Shown piece after piece: positions 49,126 through 60,403 of a stretch of 64,000 nucleotides of DNA. The translations under genes and the position numbers were made by a program. The notes under the pieces were generated by a model that saw nothing but the letters and a program-made list of their open reading frames with translations, was not told the origin of the DNA and did no database searches. The DNA comes from Podarcis cretensis (lineage: Eukaryota): the NCBI GenBank assembly GCA_951804945.1, contig OX638153.1, forward strand, positions 97,712,001 through 97,776,000. The letters are read 5' to 3'. Positions within the stretch are counted from its first letter, which is position 1, and every line of letters begins with the position of its first letter.

Positions 49126-49168
<43 letters not shown>
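48776..49168 (+). mobile_element. L2 LINE 3' fragment (subfamily B)
   Basis: LEVPGHREVRL-S-RARAF peptide; (TAA)n tail. Confidence 0.88.
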
Positions 49169-49175
<7 letters not shown>

Positions 49176-49602
49176 TTTATTTATATCCCGCCCTCCCCAG
49201 CCGAAGCCGGGCTCAGGGCGGCTAACAACACTAAAACAGTGCAACATTCTAAAAACATTATAAAAATTAATTAAAATCAAAATTGATGGCATCCATAAAC
49301 TAAAGTTTTGTAAAGATTGCCAAAGGAGGGAGTCAGGCTGCGCCCTGACCAAAGGCCTGGTGGAACAGCTCTGTCTTGCAGGCCCTGCGAAAAGATGTCA
49401 AGTCCTGCAGGGCCCTTGTCTCTTGTGACAGAGCGTTCCACCAGGTTGGAGCCGCAGCCGAAAAAGCCCTGGCTCTAGTTGAGGCCAGCCTAACCTCTCT
49501 GTGGCCTGGGACCTTCAAGATGTTTTTATTTGAAGACCATAAGTTCCTCTGTGGGGCATACCAGGAGAAGCGGTCCCATAGGTACGAGGGTCCTAGGCCG
49601 TA
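49176..49602 (-). mobile_element. L2 LINE 3' fragment (subfamily B), tail-to-tail with the previous copy
   Basis: KVPGHREVRLASTRARAFSAAAPTWWNAL peptide on the minus strand. Confidence 0.88.
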
Positions 49603-50636
49603 TAAAAAATATTATATTATAAAAATATTATTATTATTAATAATATTAATATTACCCTCTGGTATGTTTCACAGGGCTTCCCCGCCTAGCTGTTCACATC
49701 AGCACAGCTTCCTTAGTGTCCGATTGGTTTTGGTTTGTATTCACACCAAGGGTCGTTGACAGTGTGGGGGTATCTTTACCCCATGCATGCTCACAGGGGT
49801 TGAGGTCAACTGAGGTACAGGAGGCTGTGGTTTCAAATGGGGCAACCGGGGGTTAGCAGGAGGCTCTGTTGCAGAAGTCAAAAGGCAAGAGCTACTGAAA
49901 AAAACATCCCAGGATCTAAGACACAAATGAAGCAGGATTAAGGTCATCTTTGTGTCTCAAAAAGCAGGTAATTTAGCTTAAGTCAATCAATCTCAGCAAA
50001 CATTACAGAAGATGAGACTCAAAGGCAAGCTGAGCAGCTGGGGACTCAAATGCACACGAGTCCCTCCGCTCCCCCACTCAAATGGTGTCAGGTAGTAAAT
50101 CACCAAAAGGAATTAATCCAGTGCCATGAATTACTGACAGAACTTGATTTAATAACAGGCAACTGCTGTTGGAAATGAATTCATCTGAGCAATCAATCCC
50201 CAGTAAACCGACAACAGAAGCAGGCAGAGTTAACTGAGCTGCAGGCCCTGATCAGGGCTCAAGGAAACAATCCCCATGAGGGGAAGAAACACAAGACAGC
50301 GAGCTTTAGAGAGATGCTAATGCGTTCACACCTCATGTGAGCACAGACTAAAAACCCAACACTGGAAATGCAGTAGGTGCACAGTAAGCGGGAATGTGAA
50401 CACAGCCTAAGCCTGATTCAACGGCTAATTTGGTGCAGCGTGGGGTGGAATCTGAGTGGGTGCAAGAGAAGAGGTGCTGCACCAAGCTATGGGAACATCC
50501 GTCTGAATAAGAGACTTCGGAATCCTATGGCAATATGTCCTCCCAGTTGCCAGGGCATCTTTGACCTGAGCAGTCAGCAGAACTAGCAGCAACATGATAA
50601 CAAAACAATAATAATAAAAAAGCCATCCTACTGATA

Positions 50637-50992
50637 GGTAAAGGAAAAGGGACCCCTGACCATTAGGTCCAGTCGTGGACGACTCTGGGGTTGCGACGCT
50701 CATCTCGCTTTATTGGCCGAAGGAGCCGGCATACAGCTTCTGGTTCATGTGGCCAGCAGGACTAAGCCACTTCTGGCAAACCAGAGCAGCGCACGGAAAC
50801 GCTGTTTACCTTCCTGCCGGAGTGGTACCTATTTATCTACTTGTACTTTGACGTGCTTTCGAACTGCTAGGTTGGCAGGAGCAGGGACTGAGCAATGGGA
50901 GCTCACCCCATTGCAGGGATTCAAACCGCCGACCTTCTGATCGGCAAGTCCTTGGCTCTGCGGTTTAACTCACAGCACCACCCGCGTCCCTT
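50637..50992 (-). mobile_element. Sauria SINE, full length
   Basis: 14-bp TSD CCATCCTACTGATA at 50623-50636 and 50993-51006. Confidence 0.94.
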
Positions 50993-53251
50993 CCATCCTA
51001 CTGATACATGGTGGCAATATTACAAGTTATCAATCAATTAATCACCTTCAACACAAGCATATCAAGGCAATGTACAGGCCAGGGCTGAGAGATAAGAGGC
51101 CACCTAAAGCCATCCACACTGGAGAATGCGTTTGAAATGGGTTCTTCTACAGACATGCACAATTCCTGAATAAACTACAGGAATACAGGTGTGTACATAT
51201 ATGCACTATGAACACAAAAACCTAGACGTTACACACAGAGTTCAATTCTGGTGGTTGTTGTGTTTTCATGTTGCACAGCAATGCTATCGGTGATGCACCC
51301 ACAGTGGCCCAAACAGTGATGAATGCATTTCATTAAAAGTTCAATTAATTGCTACTTGCTCGGTTTCCGTTACAGGCGACAACTGCTGCGCTTGGCGTGG
51401 CATGCACAAGCTGCGTAATTTGGAACAGGCTTGCTTTAAGCCACCTTAGAAATCCATGTTGAGACTGCAGATTACAATAAGCTGCAATTAACCAATTTGA
51501 TAGGAATGCCAAAAGGCCGCAGTGGTTGAAGTTTTCCATCAATGGACTCCAGCGTATTTCGGGAGGGTGGGGCAAAAGAACGGATTTTCAATGGCAAAAA
51601 TATTGTCAGAAAAATACCCAAGTTTTGTGAGTATGTAAGTTGCACAAGTAAGGAAGTTGCACTGAAAGCCGGTCTGTTTAGAAGATGAAGCTCAAAGCAT
51701 CTGGGGGTGTCATCTGGCTAAAGTGCTTTCCTGACCCACTGAACCCACTGATTTGGTAGAGCTAAGCCAGGTTAGGAACATAGAAAGCAGCCTTACACTG
51801 AGTCCGACAGGTCAGCTATGCTGACTGGTACATGTTCTCCAAGCTTCCAGACAGGGAATTTCTCCCCAACCTGCTTGGAGATGCCAGGGATGTTAAGAGG
51901 CTCAGGTGCTAACTTCTTGCTCTGTGAATGACCCTGTTTTGTGAATGCACAAGCTTGGGACTGCAAGCTCCCCACTCCCCTTCTCTTTCACAGCCACGTA
52001 GAGGAAATTCACCTGCTTTCAAACAAGCCACGGTTCCTCATCATGCCTAAATTCAGGAACTGTAGCTTAATTAAACTTTAGCAAGTGAACAAGCCCAGAT
52101 CAAAAGCCATGGTCGATCCTAACCAAAGTTAAAACAAACCACAGTTCCCAGACTTCAGATGCAATGAGGAATTAGGCTAATTCAAAAGCAGAAGTGGTTG
52201 CTCCAACTTCCTTGCAGCTGAAAAAAAACCCAAACAAACAGGGAGGGAGGAAGAGTATGTTTTTTTCCTGCACCATATGAAAAAGTACTTTCTGTGCGTG
52301 TCTAGTGGGGAGCAGATGCACAAGGGGCAAATGTTTTCGAGATGCCAAATTCCTTCTCCTTATAACACACAGTGTTACTTCACCTGTTGTCTATGGCTAA
52401 ACTGGCTCACTCTTTTCAGTGATGCGCTGCACATTCCCAATTCTTGCTTTGTGCTTGTGACACAGGCGGTTGTGTTGGGTGTGGAGCACCCTTGTGGAGG
52501 GTGCATCGAAAGTGGGCATGATCAGGCGGAGACTGTACTTCATCCTGCACCCAAGAGTTTCAAGGTCACATGACAGCCACAAAATATCTCTAGAGAAGGG
52601 CAGGGGGCAGGACCAGAGAAGGGCGTGGCATGGAAAGGGGCGGCCAAGTCAAGAGTCCTGGGGGCCAGACAAAGAGGCAGGGAGGGCCATGCTCAGTGCC
52701 TGGGACTGATGTTTCCCACCCTATCCTGGCCTGGTCTGGGTGGCAGAATGTTTGCAAACACAAGCAATAGCTGTGCACCTTGAATGAGCAGAATGTTTCC
52801 TCTGCTTGTATATCCCACTGTGCTCCTGTATCTGGGTTGGGTTGGCAGTGCCAATCTATAACTCTCCTCTGCCCCCTCGCCTGCAAGCTTCCACCCCTCA
52901 ACTCCCAAATTCGCCACCCACCAGAATTTTGTCTTTCAAGAGCAGCTAATGCTGCAGCTACTGCAGCCGACCTGCAAGGAAAGCGACAACCTCCAATTGG
53001 CTGTGGTAGTCTTCAGTGTGTTCAGACCTGGGATTCAGCTTTCACCCAAGCGTGCAATTGGGGATCCATTTAAACAAAACGAAACAAATATTTCTATGGT
53101 GGGAGTGCTGCTGTGGCCACCCAACTTAGATCCAGACCTACCAAAAGTTTGCTGAACCCCAGTAGGGGGGCCACATTTGTTTGTCTCGGAGGACATGCCT
53201 GAGCTGAGCTGCAAATGCAGTTGTTCCAAGGTTCCAATCCACGTTTAACTA

Positions 53252-53744
53252 CCATATTTTTCACCCTATAGGACGCACTTTTCCCCCTCCAAAAATGAAG
53301 GGGAAATGTGTGTGCGTCCTATGGAGCGAATGCAGGCTTTCGCTGAAGCCTGGAGAGCGAGAGGGGTCGGTGTGCACCGACCCCTCTCGCTCTCCAGGCT
53401 TCAGGAGAGCCGCAGCGCCAGCCCCACAAGGTCGGGGGACAGCGGGGAGGTGGAACGCCGCCATCCCGCTGTCTCCCGATGTGGTTTGGAGGCTGACGGC
53501 GGCGAGACGCGTGCTTCTCCCCGCTGCCTGCCCCGCAAGCTCCGGGGACAGTGGGGAGGCGCAGCGCGTCTTCCCGCTGTCCCCGGACCTGGTCTGCAGG
53601 CGGGCGGCGTGGAGAAGAGCACTTCTCCCCGCTGCTGGCCCCACAAGCGCCTGGGGGGGAAATAAATTTTTTTTCCTTTATTTCCCCCCAAAAAAACTTG
53701 GTGCATCCTATGGGCCGGTGCGTCCTATGGGGCGAAAAATACGG
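53252..53744. mobile_element. Non-autonomous Tc1/mariner-superfamily (Tc2/pogo-like) element with GC-rich hairpin interior
   Basis: TIRs CCATATTTTTCACCCTATAGGACGCAC and GTGCGTCCTATGGGGCGAAAAATACGG; TA on both sides; subterminal GTGCGTCCTATGG repeats. Confidence 0.88.
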
Positions 53745-54012
53745 TACGTGGCTTGTGGGGAGGCAGACAGTCACTGCCCTAGCCTACCTTACAAGGCTGT
53801 TGCTGCAAGGCTAAACTGCCGCCCTGAGTTTCCAAGAGGAAGGGTGGGATGCAAAGAAGCAGAAGGCAGTCCAAAAGCCACTGTGCCCCTTACGTGCCCA
53901 AGCAGTTCCGATTCCCCAGTGCCAGCGAGAAGGGGTCAGGCATCTGCCTTGCACTCCTGTTCCTCCTACACACTTACACACACTAGTTGTGTAGGGTTTT
54001 TGCAGGCCTTAC

Positions 54013-54092
54013 TTGTTGCTGTCCCGGTACTGATAGATGTAACATCCTTGTGGCATTCCGCTCTCCTTGTCCAAAGTAAACGAGAGTTTCAG
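54013..54092 (-). CDS. DIS3L2: DIS3L2 coding exon, 80 nt ([27 protein letters not shown])
   Basis: Acceptor ttctgcag|CTG after a long pyrimidine tract; donor AA|gtaagg; phase 2 joins the G of the next exon to give Lys, preceding the [10 protein letters not shown] motif. Confidence 0.93.
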
Positions 54093-54159
54093 CTGCAGAA
54101 AGGAGGAGAACGAAAGAAAGGAAGGAAGGAAGGAGGGAGGGAGGTGGGGGGAAAGAGAA

Positions 54160-54190
<31 letters not shown>

Positions 54191-54874
54191 CCACATTTAG
54201 GCGATGTTCTCAGCTGCGGCAGCAACCCCATGAAAGGCTGAGGGGAGAGACCAACCTCACCAAGGCTGACACTCAACCGCTGAGGCCTGGAACATAGAGC
54301 AGGGCTCCAAACCTCAGGGAAGACGGAGTCACATGCCTTGCAGAAAAAGCACTGGCTTTTTCCACTCCTTTGTTGCTATAAAGTGTTTGCGGTTCTCCCG
54401 AAATGGCGTGGGTCATGACAGCTCCCTCCCCCACCACCTTCGAACACACTCCAAACCCACCACCCACACACATCCACGGCCCTGCAAAAAGCAGCTCTCC
54501 GCCTCCTCCTCTGGGGTACAGGATTCTCCCCCAGCGGCCAGACTTCCCACGAGCCTCTTTCTCTGAAAGCTTCTGCCCTGCGGACCTCCAAGCACATTTG
54601 GGAGGGAGGGAGAAAGAGAGAGGAGGAAAACCACAAAGGGAAAGGCGACAAATTCTTCCTTTGGCACAGAGTTAATCCAAAAGCCAGTTGGAAGAGCTTG
54701 CAGTTTGGCCCCATGTCCAGCAGGGGGCTGCACAGGGTGACCTGGAAAAAACGTGGGGAGCCCAGGAGGGGCTGGGAGAGATTATTTGCTGGAAATCCAA
54801 GAAAGGGTTTCGGAATAGTGGGTCAAGTCCTGTGTTATCTAAGGCCAGTTCATCTGAGGCAGGGAAAAACTCAT

Positions 54875-55015
54875 NNNNNNNNNNNNNNNNNNNNNNNNNN
54901 NNNNNNNNNNNNNNNNNNNNNNNNNNNNNNNNNNNNNNNNNNNNNNNNNNNNNNNNNNNNNNNNNNNNNNNNNNNNNNNNNNNNNNNNNNNNNNNNNNNN
55001 NNNNNNNNNNNNNNN
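54875..55015. other. Assembly gap (141 N)
   Basis: Run of n characters. Confidence 0.99.
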
Positions 55016-55809
55016 TCTGCACAGATTTTGTTAAAGGACGGTAGAGTTTCTGAACAAGCAACTCACTAATAAACACACATTGGGGCTTACTTAGAGCTGC
55101 CCCCCCCAACAGCTGGAATGGATTTGAAAGGGAAAGAGGTTAGGAAGTAGCCATCCAAACCATGCCTGGTCTAAGGAGAGAATGAACCACCCATTGTTCC
55201 TACACTTATCGCCCTAAGCCAGGGGCTGGGGACCATGCCGCTATGCGAATGTCGTGGGACTACATTTCCCATCATCCTGGGTCATGCTGGCTGCTGGGGC
55301 TGCTGGGAGATGGAATCCAGCAACACCTCGAGGGCCACAGGTTCCTCAAACAGATGAATCGAGCAATTGAGCCAAGCCACACAGGGACAAGAGTGTCAGG
55401 AAGGGGGGAAATGCGGGTGTGTACAGGACAGAGAGAGAGAGAGCACCCAGATTCTCAGGCCCATTCAATCTAAGCAAAAAGTCTTTCTCCAACCCAAGTA
55501 TGATGCGCCGACAGTCCCTGAGAGCAGCGCTGGGCTGGTCAATTGTAGGCATGGAGGAAGCTGCCTTCTACTGTTCCATTGAACTCAATATTGTTGACTG
55601 TGACTGATGGTGGTTCTCCAGGAGCTCAGGCAGGGGGTCTTTTCCTACCTTACTTGGAGATCCTGGGGATGAAACCTGAGATTTCCTGCATGCAAACTCC
55701 ACCAGTGAGCTGTGGCCCTTCCCAGAGGAGGAGGAAGAGTAGCATGTGTGTTTGCGCGTGCGCACATGCCATGTTTTTGAATGCTTCGCCACATTAAAAT
55801 AAAAACCCA

Positions 55810-56162
55810 GGGACGCGGGTGGTGGTGTGGGTTAAACCAAAGAGCGTAGGATTTGCTGATCAGAAGGTCGGCAGTTCGAATCCCCGCGATGGGCTGAGCT
55901 CCCGTTGCTCAGTCCCTGCTCCTGCTAACCTAACAGTTCAAAAGCACGTCAAAGTGCAAGTAGATAAATAGGTACTGCTCCGGCGGGAAGGTAAGTGGTG
56001 TTTCCGTGCGCTGCTCTGGTTCACCAGAAGCGGCTTAGTCATGCTGGCCACATGACCCGGAAGCTGTACGCCGGCTCCCTCGGCCAATAAAGCGAGATGA
56101 GCGCCACAACCCCAGAGTCGGCCACGACTGGACCTAATGGTCAGGGGTCCCTTTACCTTTAC
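55810..56162 (+). mobile_element. Sauria SINE, full length
   Basis: Head GGGACGCGGGTGG, B box and (CCTTTA)n tail. Confidence 0.93.
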
Positions 56163-56418
56163 TCTAGCATATCAGGGTTGAAGATAGAGCATAGCCCTTT
56201 CCCTCATCCACTAGTCTATTAAATGCAGGGAGGTTTTTAATAGAAGGGTGTGTGTGAGCACCCTCTGCGCTGTCTGCAGTGAAGCAGCCCAGAATCCTAC
56301 CACCTTGGCCAAATGCTCACCAAGGGTTCCTTACAGATCAGGATTCACATTGGCAAATGAATGCTCTGTCAAACTAGGGGTGGCACACATTGCCAGCAAG
56401 ATAGCTCAGTTGATAAGA

Positions 56419-56698
56419 GTGCTGCTCCAGAGAAGCGGACACGGAGCAATGGATCCAAACTACAAGAAAGAAGATTCCACCTAAACATTAGGAAGAACTT
56501 CCTGACAGTAAGAGCTGTTTGACAGTGGAATTTGCTGCCAAGGAGTGTGGTGGAGTCTCCTTCTTTGGAGGTCTTTAAGCAGAGGCTTGACAACCATATG
56601 TCAGGAGTGCTCTGATGGTGTTTCCTGCTTGGCAGGGGGTTGGACTCGATGGCCCTTGTGGTCTCTTCCAACTCTATGATTCTATGATTCTGATTCTA
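56419..56698 (+). mobile_element. CR1 LINE 3' fragment, young family
   Basis: Nearly identical to the 3' 280 nt of 30611-31603. Confidence 0.93.
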
Positions 56699-56758
56699 TA
56701 TCTCTATAAGACATGGAACTCTTCCTGCCCAGTCTCGGCACAAGAATAGACGTGCCAA

Positions 56759-56902
56759 GGGATAGCTCAGTTGGTAGAGCATGAGACTCTTAATCTCAGG
56801 GTTGTGGGTTCGAGCCCCATGTTGGGCAAAAAGATTCCCTGCACAGCCGGGGTTTGGACTAGATGACCCTCGTTGTCCCTTCCAACTCTACAATTCTACG
56901 AT
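56759..56902 (+). mobile_element. tRNA-Lys(CTT)-derived SINE with CR1-type tail (POMSINE-like)
   Basis: Head TAGCTCAGTTGGTAGAGCATGAGACTCTTAATCTCAGGGTTGTGGGTTCGAGCCCCATGTTGGGC closely follows tRNA-Lys-CTT and runs directly into a CR1 3' tail; flanking GTGCC repeat. Confidence 0.85.
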
Positions 56903-59810
56903 GTGCCCATTTTGCATGTGTTCAATTACCAGCCCGTTCTGTCATGCTTTCTGAACTTAGCAAAAGAGACATGAAAACGCACATTTTAAATTGCACACAT
57001 TCCCCCATCCCAAACACATTTTTGCAGCATCCTTTTTAGGCCGAGAACGGAAACACAAAATTCAGAGCACAATCGGAAGGATAAGCGCCTCCCAATCTGC
57101 ACATTAGTCTGGGAAGCAAAATTCTCAAATAACCCTACTTCAACAAAAAGCTTTCCTGCACACACAAAAACTGGTATGTCAAGGAGCACATTCCTCATTT
57201 ATCTTCTCCCGGACACATGGGTCTTGTGTGAATGGGAATCTTTCTCCACCCCCATTCAATTATAGGAGTCCTGTCCCCCACCAAACACTCATGGCCTCCA
57301 GGGAGACTAACTGCTCTTAGAGAAGAAGCTCTTCAGGACTGGATAACCTCTTGGCAGTCTGCCTTGCGTGAAGAGGGAGTTATTCTGATCTAGCCTGATG
57401 AGGTGTGGCAGAGATGCTAATGAAACTGTTTTCACAAGGAGGACTCCTGGAGTGAGCCGCAGGTTACCCTCAACGCTTCTGGACATTTTGGAGAATGGAC
57501 GGCAGACCTGACCTTTGCAAATGAAGCAAACACCACAGAGAGACTGGCTTTATTTGCAGACAGTTGCTGAACCCGAAGAAAACCCGAGAAGTAAAATTAA
57601 CAGCCTATGAAAGAGCAAAGGCTTTATTAAGTTGCCCTTCCACCAGTGGGCCCTTTGCACAGCCAGCATGCCGGCTCATTAGACGCTGAGCCAATTCGCA
57701 CTCCTCTGCAAGGCAGCAAGTGGAAATCGAAGCAGCCGAGCTCCCCTGACCCTAATTAAGATTGCCCAAGGTGCAGCTGCTGCAGACTCCACACATCTCT
57801 GCACAGGTGCAAACCTGCAATTTTATTCAAACCCAGCTATTTGTGTACCAAAGCCCAATACACCCACAAGCTGGGTTCTCCAGTTTGTTCCGATGCCTCA
57901 GCCTCATCTGGTGCAGGTCGATCAGCCGCAACTTGATGTCGCCTCAGTGGGATTCATCAGAAACCCTCACGGGACATCCAGGCAGATTTTGCATCGGGAG
58001 CAGCCTTGGGAGGAAGCCCTGTGGCGAGCTGGGCATTTGAATCCCTGCGATCCTGGAAAGCTAGACCAGTTTTCTCATGGAGTAATGTAAGCCACACCAT
58101 AGGGCAAGGGGAGGGGAGGCTCACACCATCCAGTTATTCTGCAAACCAAAAATAGATATAAAATTCAATTTAAATATTGGGGGGGGGGGAGGTCTGCTGT
58201 GGAGAGTAGACATGCCGGGGCTTGTGAGGTCTTATTCAGAAGGAGGAAATTTCTAAATATTAGATGCTAAACTCGCAGGCTGCAGACCATAATGAGTGAC
58301 AGCAATTGGTCCAGCTGCCCAACACCCCACCCCGTATTTGTGGGGGTCCAGGTCCAAGTGAGCTCTGACAAAAGCCTCCGAGGAGGCCCCTCTGTTCACA
58401 AAGGCAAAGTTCACTACTGCTTCCGCGCTTGGGGACCGCAGAAAGGACAGCGAGGCGAGGCCCTGCTGGATCCCATCACGACAAGCCGTTTCTGGGATAT
58501 ATGCCTGCCGTCATTTTGTTCCGTCAACTTGCCACCAGGTTCAACTTGCGGCAGGGCAGAGAGACACGGAGCTCATCCATCACCCAGCCGCATTCTTCGG
58601 AGGAGAGCGCTGCAGCGCAGCAGTCTCCGTGCCTGACAAATCGCCCTTTCCAGCTCATTGGCACTGGGCACAAAAGGGCTGTTCTTCATGCCGGGGGGCC
58701 GGGGGGGGGGGCAGATTCGGTGGGAATGAGGGGGATTGGGAAGGCTGAGAACAACAGAGGCTCACCTACCCAAGGAGGCTCGCTGATAAATTAAGATGTC
58801 GTAGGCCCTTGAATAAGAGCTACCAAGAAGACTAGTTTCTTGAGGGTGGCAAACGCCTTCAACACCACATGAGCAGAAAAATGCCAGAGGTGGCATAGGG
58901 GGCATCTTGGCTTGGCAGGAACATAACCAACAGTGGTTAAAGTTAGTCAAACGTAAGTTTCTAGGTCTCCATTTTTAAACGCTCTCCTGTCCACAGGCCT
59001 GTCCACACTGTCAGAAGCAAAAGGAAGTCTGACGTTCTTCCAATTTGCATCGTCTCTGTCCGGCTGCCTGGAAGAAATTCCTAGCCCACTCCTGGTGAAC
59101 AGGGTGAATGCCTACTAACAAACCGAGGCTCACTTCCCATGTGTTCTTACCCCAAAGTTGTGTGGTGTCGCATGCTGAAGATCAGGCCCTAAAACAGGGT
59201 GCAATTCTTCCTCTCAACTTATCTCCACCTCCTAGGTTTGTGGTCCTGCGCAACAGACGAGGGTTGGGGTCCTCATTTCACCTACAAGCAAGCATTGAGG
59301 TGGTGGGAGAAATCGTATGGCTGCCCTGACTGAGAATTCAACAGGGCCATTAAAAGGTGTGATGTGTTGTGAGAGGTATCTACCCTGTCCATCAACATCT
59401 GCAGGGCCAAAGCTGAACTGCCTTTGCAAGAGAAATACCTGCCATGCAGCCTGTATCTCAACAGCGGGGTCGGAAGAGGCAACGGGTGGAGGAAAAGGGG
59501 ATCAGCCAAGCTGCCATGGGTTGAAGGTCGTTATGCATTTTGGAAGAATTTGTTCTGATTTTAAGGTACTATAGGTCTCGCTAGCTCCTGCAGCAGGTTT
59601 TGAGAAAGGGGGCGTGGCTTATCTTTTGCAAAGCTCCATGCACACAGGTGGCACCCTAAGGGCCCTTGCCAAGGCTCTGGAGAGCCACTTCCAGGCAGAA
59701 TGGGCAGCGAAAGAAGCTTCCAATGCTCCTGGGGGGCAGGGGCCACAGCTCAGGGGCAGAGCATGTGCTCTGCATGCAGAAGTTCCTGGGTCCATTCACT
59801 AGAAGCGTGT

Positions 59811-59967
59811 ACTTTTAAAATGAGGCTGCATTTTAAATTGCATTTTAACCTGTATTTTAAATTGGTTTCCCCCCACCCCATTATGTTTTTACTGTAATTT
59901 TACTGGTGTTAGCAGCCCTGAGCCCAGCTCTGGCCAGGGAGGGCGGGGTATAAATAACATTTATTTA

Positions 59968-60016
<49 letters not shown>

Positions 60017-60017
60017 T
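59811..60017 (+). mobile_element. L2 3' UTR fragment (subfamily B) with (TTA)n tail
   Basis: Matches about 11880-12054. Confidence 0.8.
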
Positions 60018-60030
60018 ATTATAGACGCTG

Positions 60031-60403
60031 CTACTGGAGGAGACTCTTGAGACTCTTGAGAGTCCCATGGACTGCAAGAAGATTAAACCTCTCCATTCTT
60101 AAGGAAATCAACTCTGAGTGCTAACTGGAAGGACAGATTGTGAAGCTGAGGCTCCAAGACTTTGGCCACCTCATGCGAAGAGAAGACTCCCTGGAAAAGA
60201 CCCTGATGTTGGGAAAGATGGAGGGCACAAGGAGAAGGGACGACAGAGGACGAGATGGTGGGACGGTGTTCTCAAAGCTACCAGCATGAGTTTGACCAAA
60301 CTGCGGGAGGCAGTGGAAGACAGGAGTGCCTTTCGTGCTCTGGTCCAGGGGGTCACAAAGAGTCGGACACGACTAAATGACTAAACAACAACAACAACAA
60401 CAA
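60031..60403 (+). mobile_element. BovB LINE 3' fragment
   Basis: BovB sequence, (CAA)n tail and 13-bp TSD ATTATAGAC(G/A)CTG. Confidence 0.94.

Noticed and set aside
53295-54200. Longest ORF in the track (301 aa, plus strand)
   Set aside because: Runs through a GC-rich MITE and antisense across a DIS3L2 exon; openness is explained by composition and there is no recognisable domain.
56754-56828. tRNA-Lys(CTT) gene
   Set aside because: The acceptor stem does not pair, there is no oligo-T terminator, and it runs into a CR1-type tail, so it is a SINE head.
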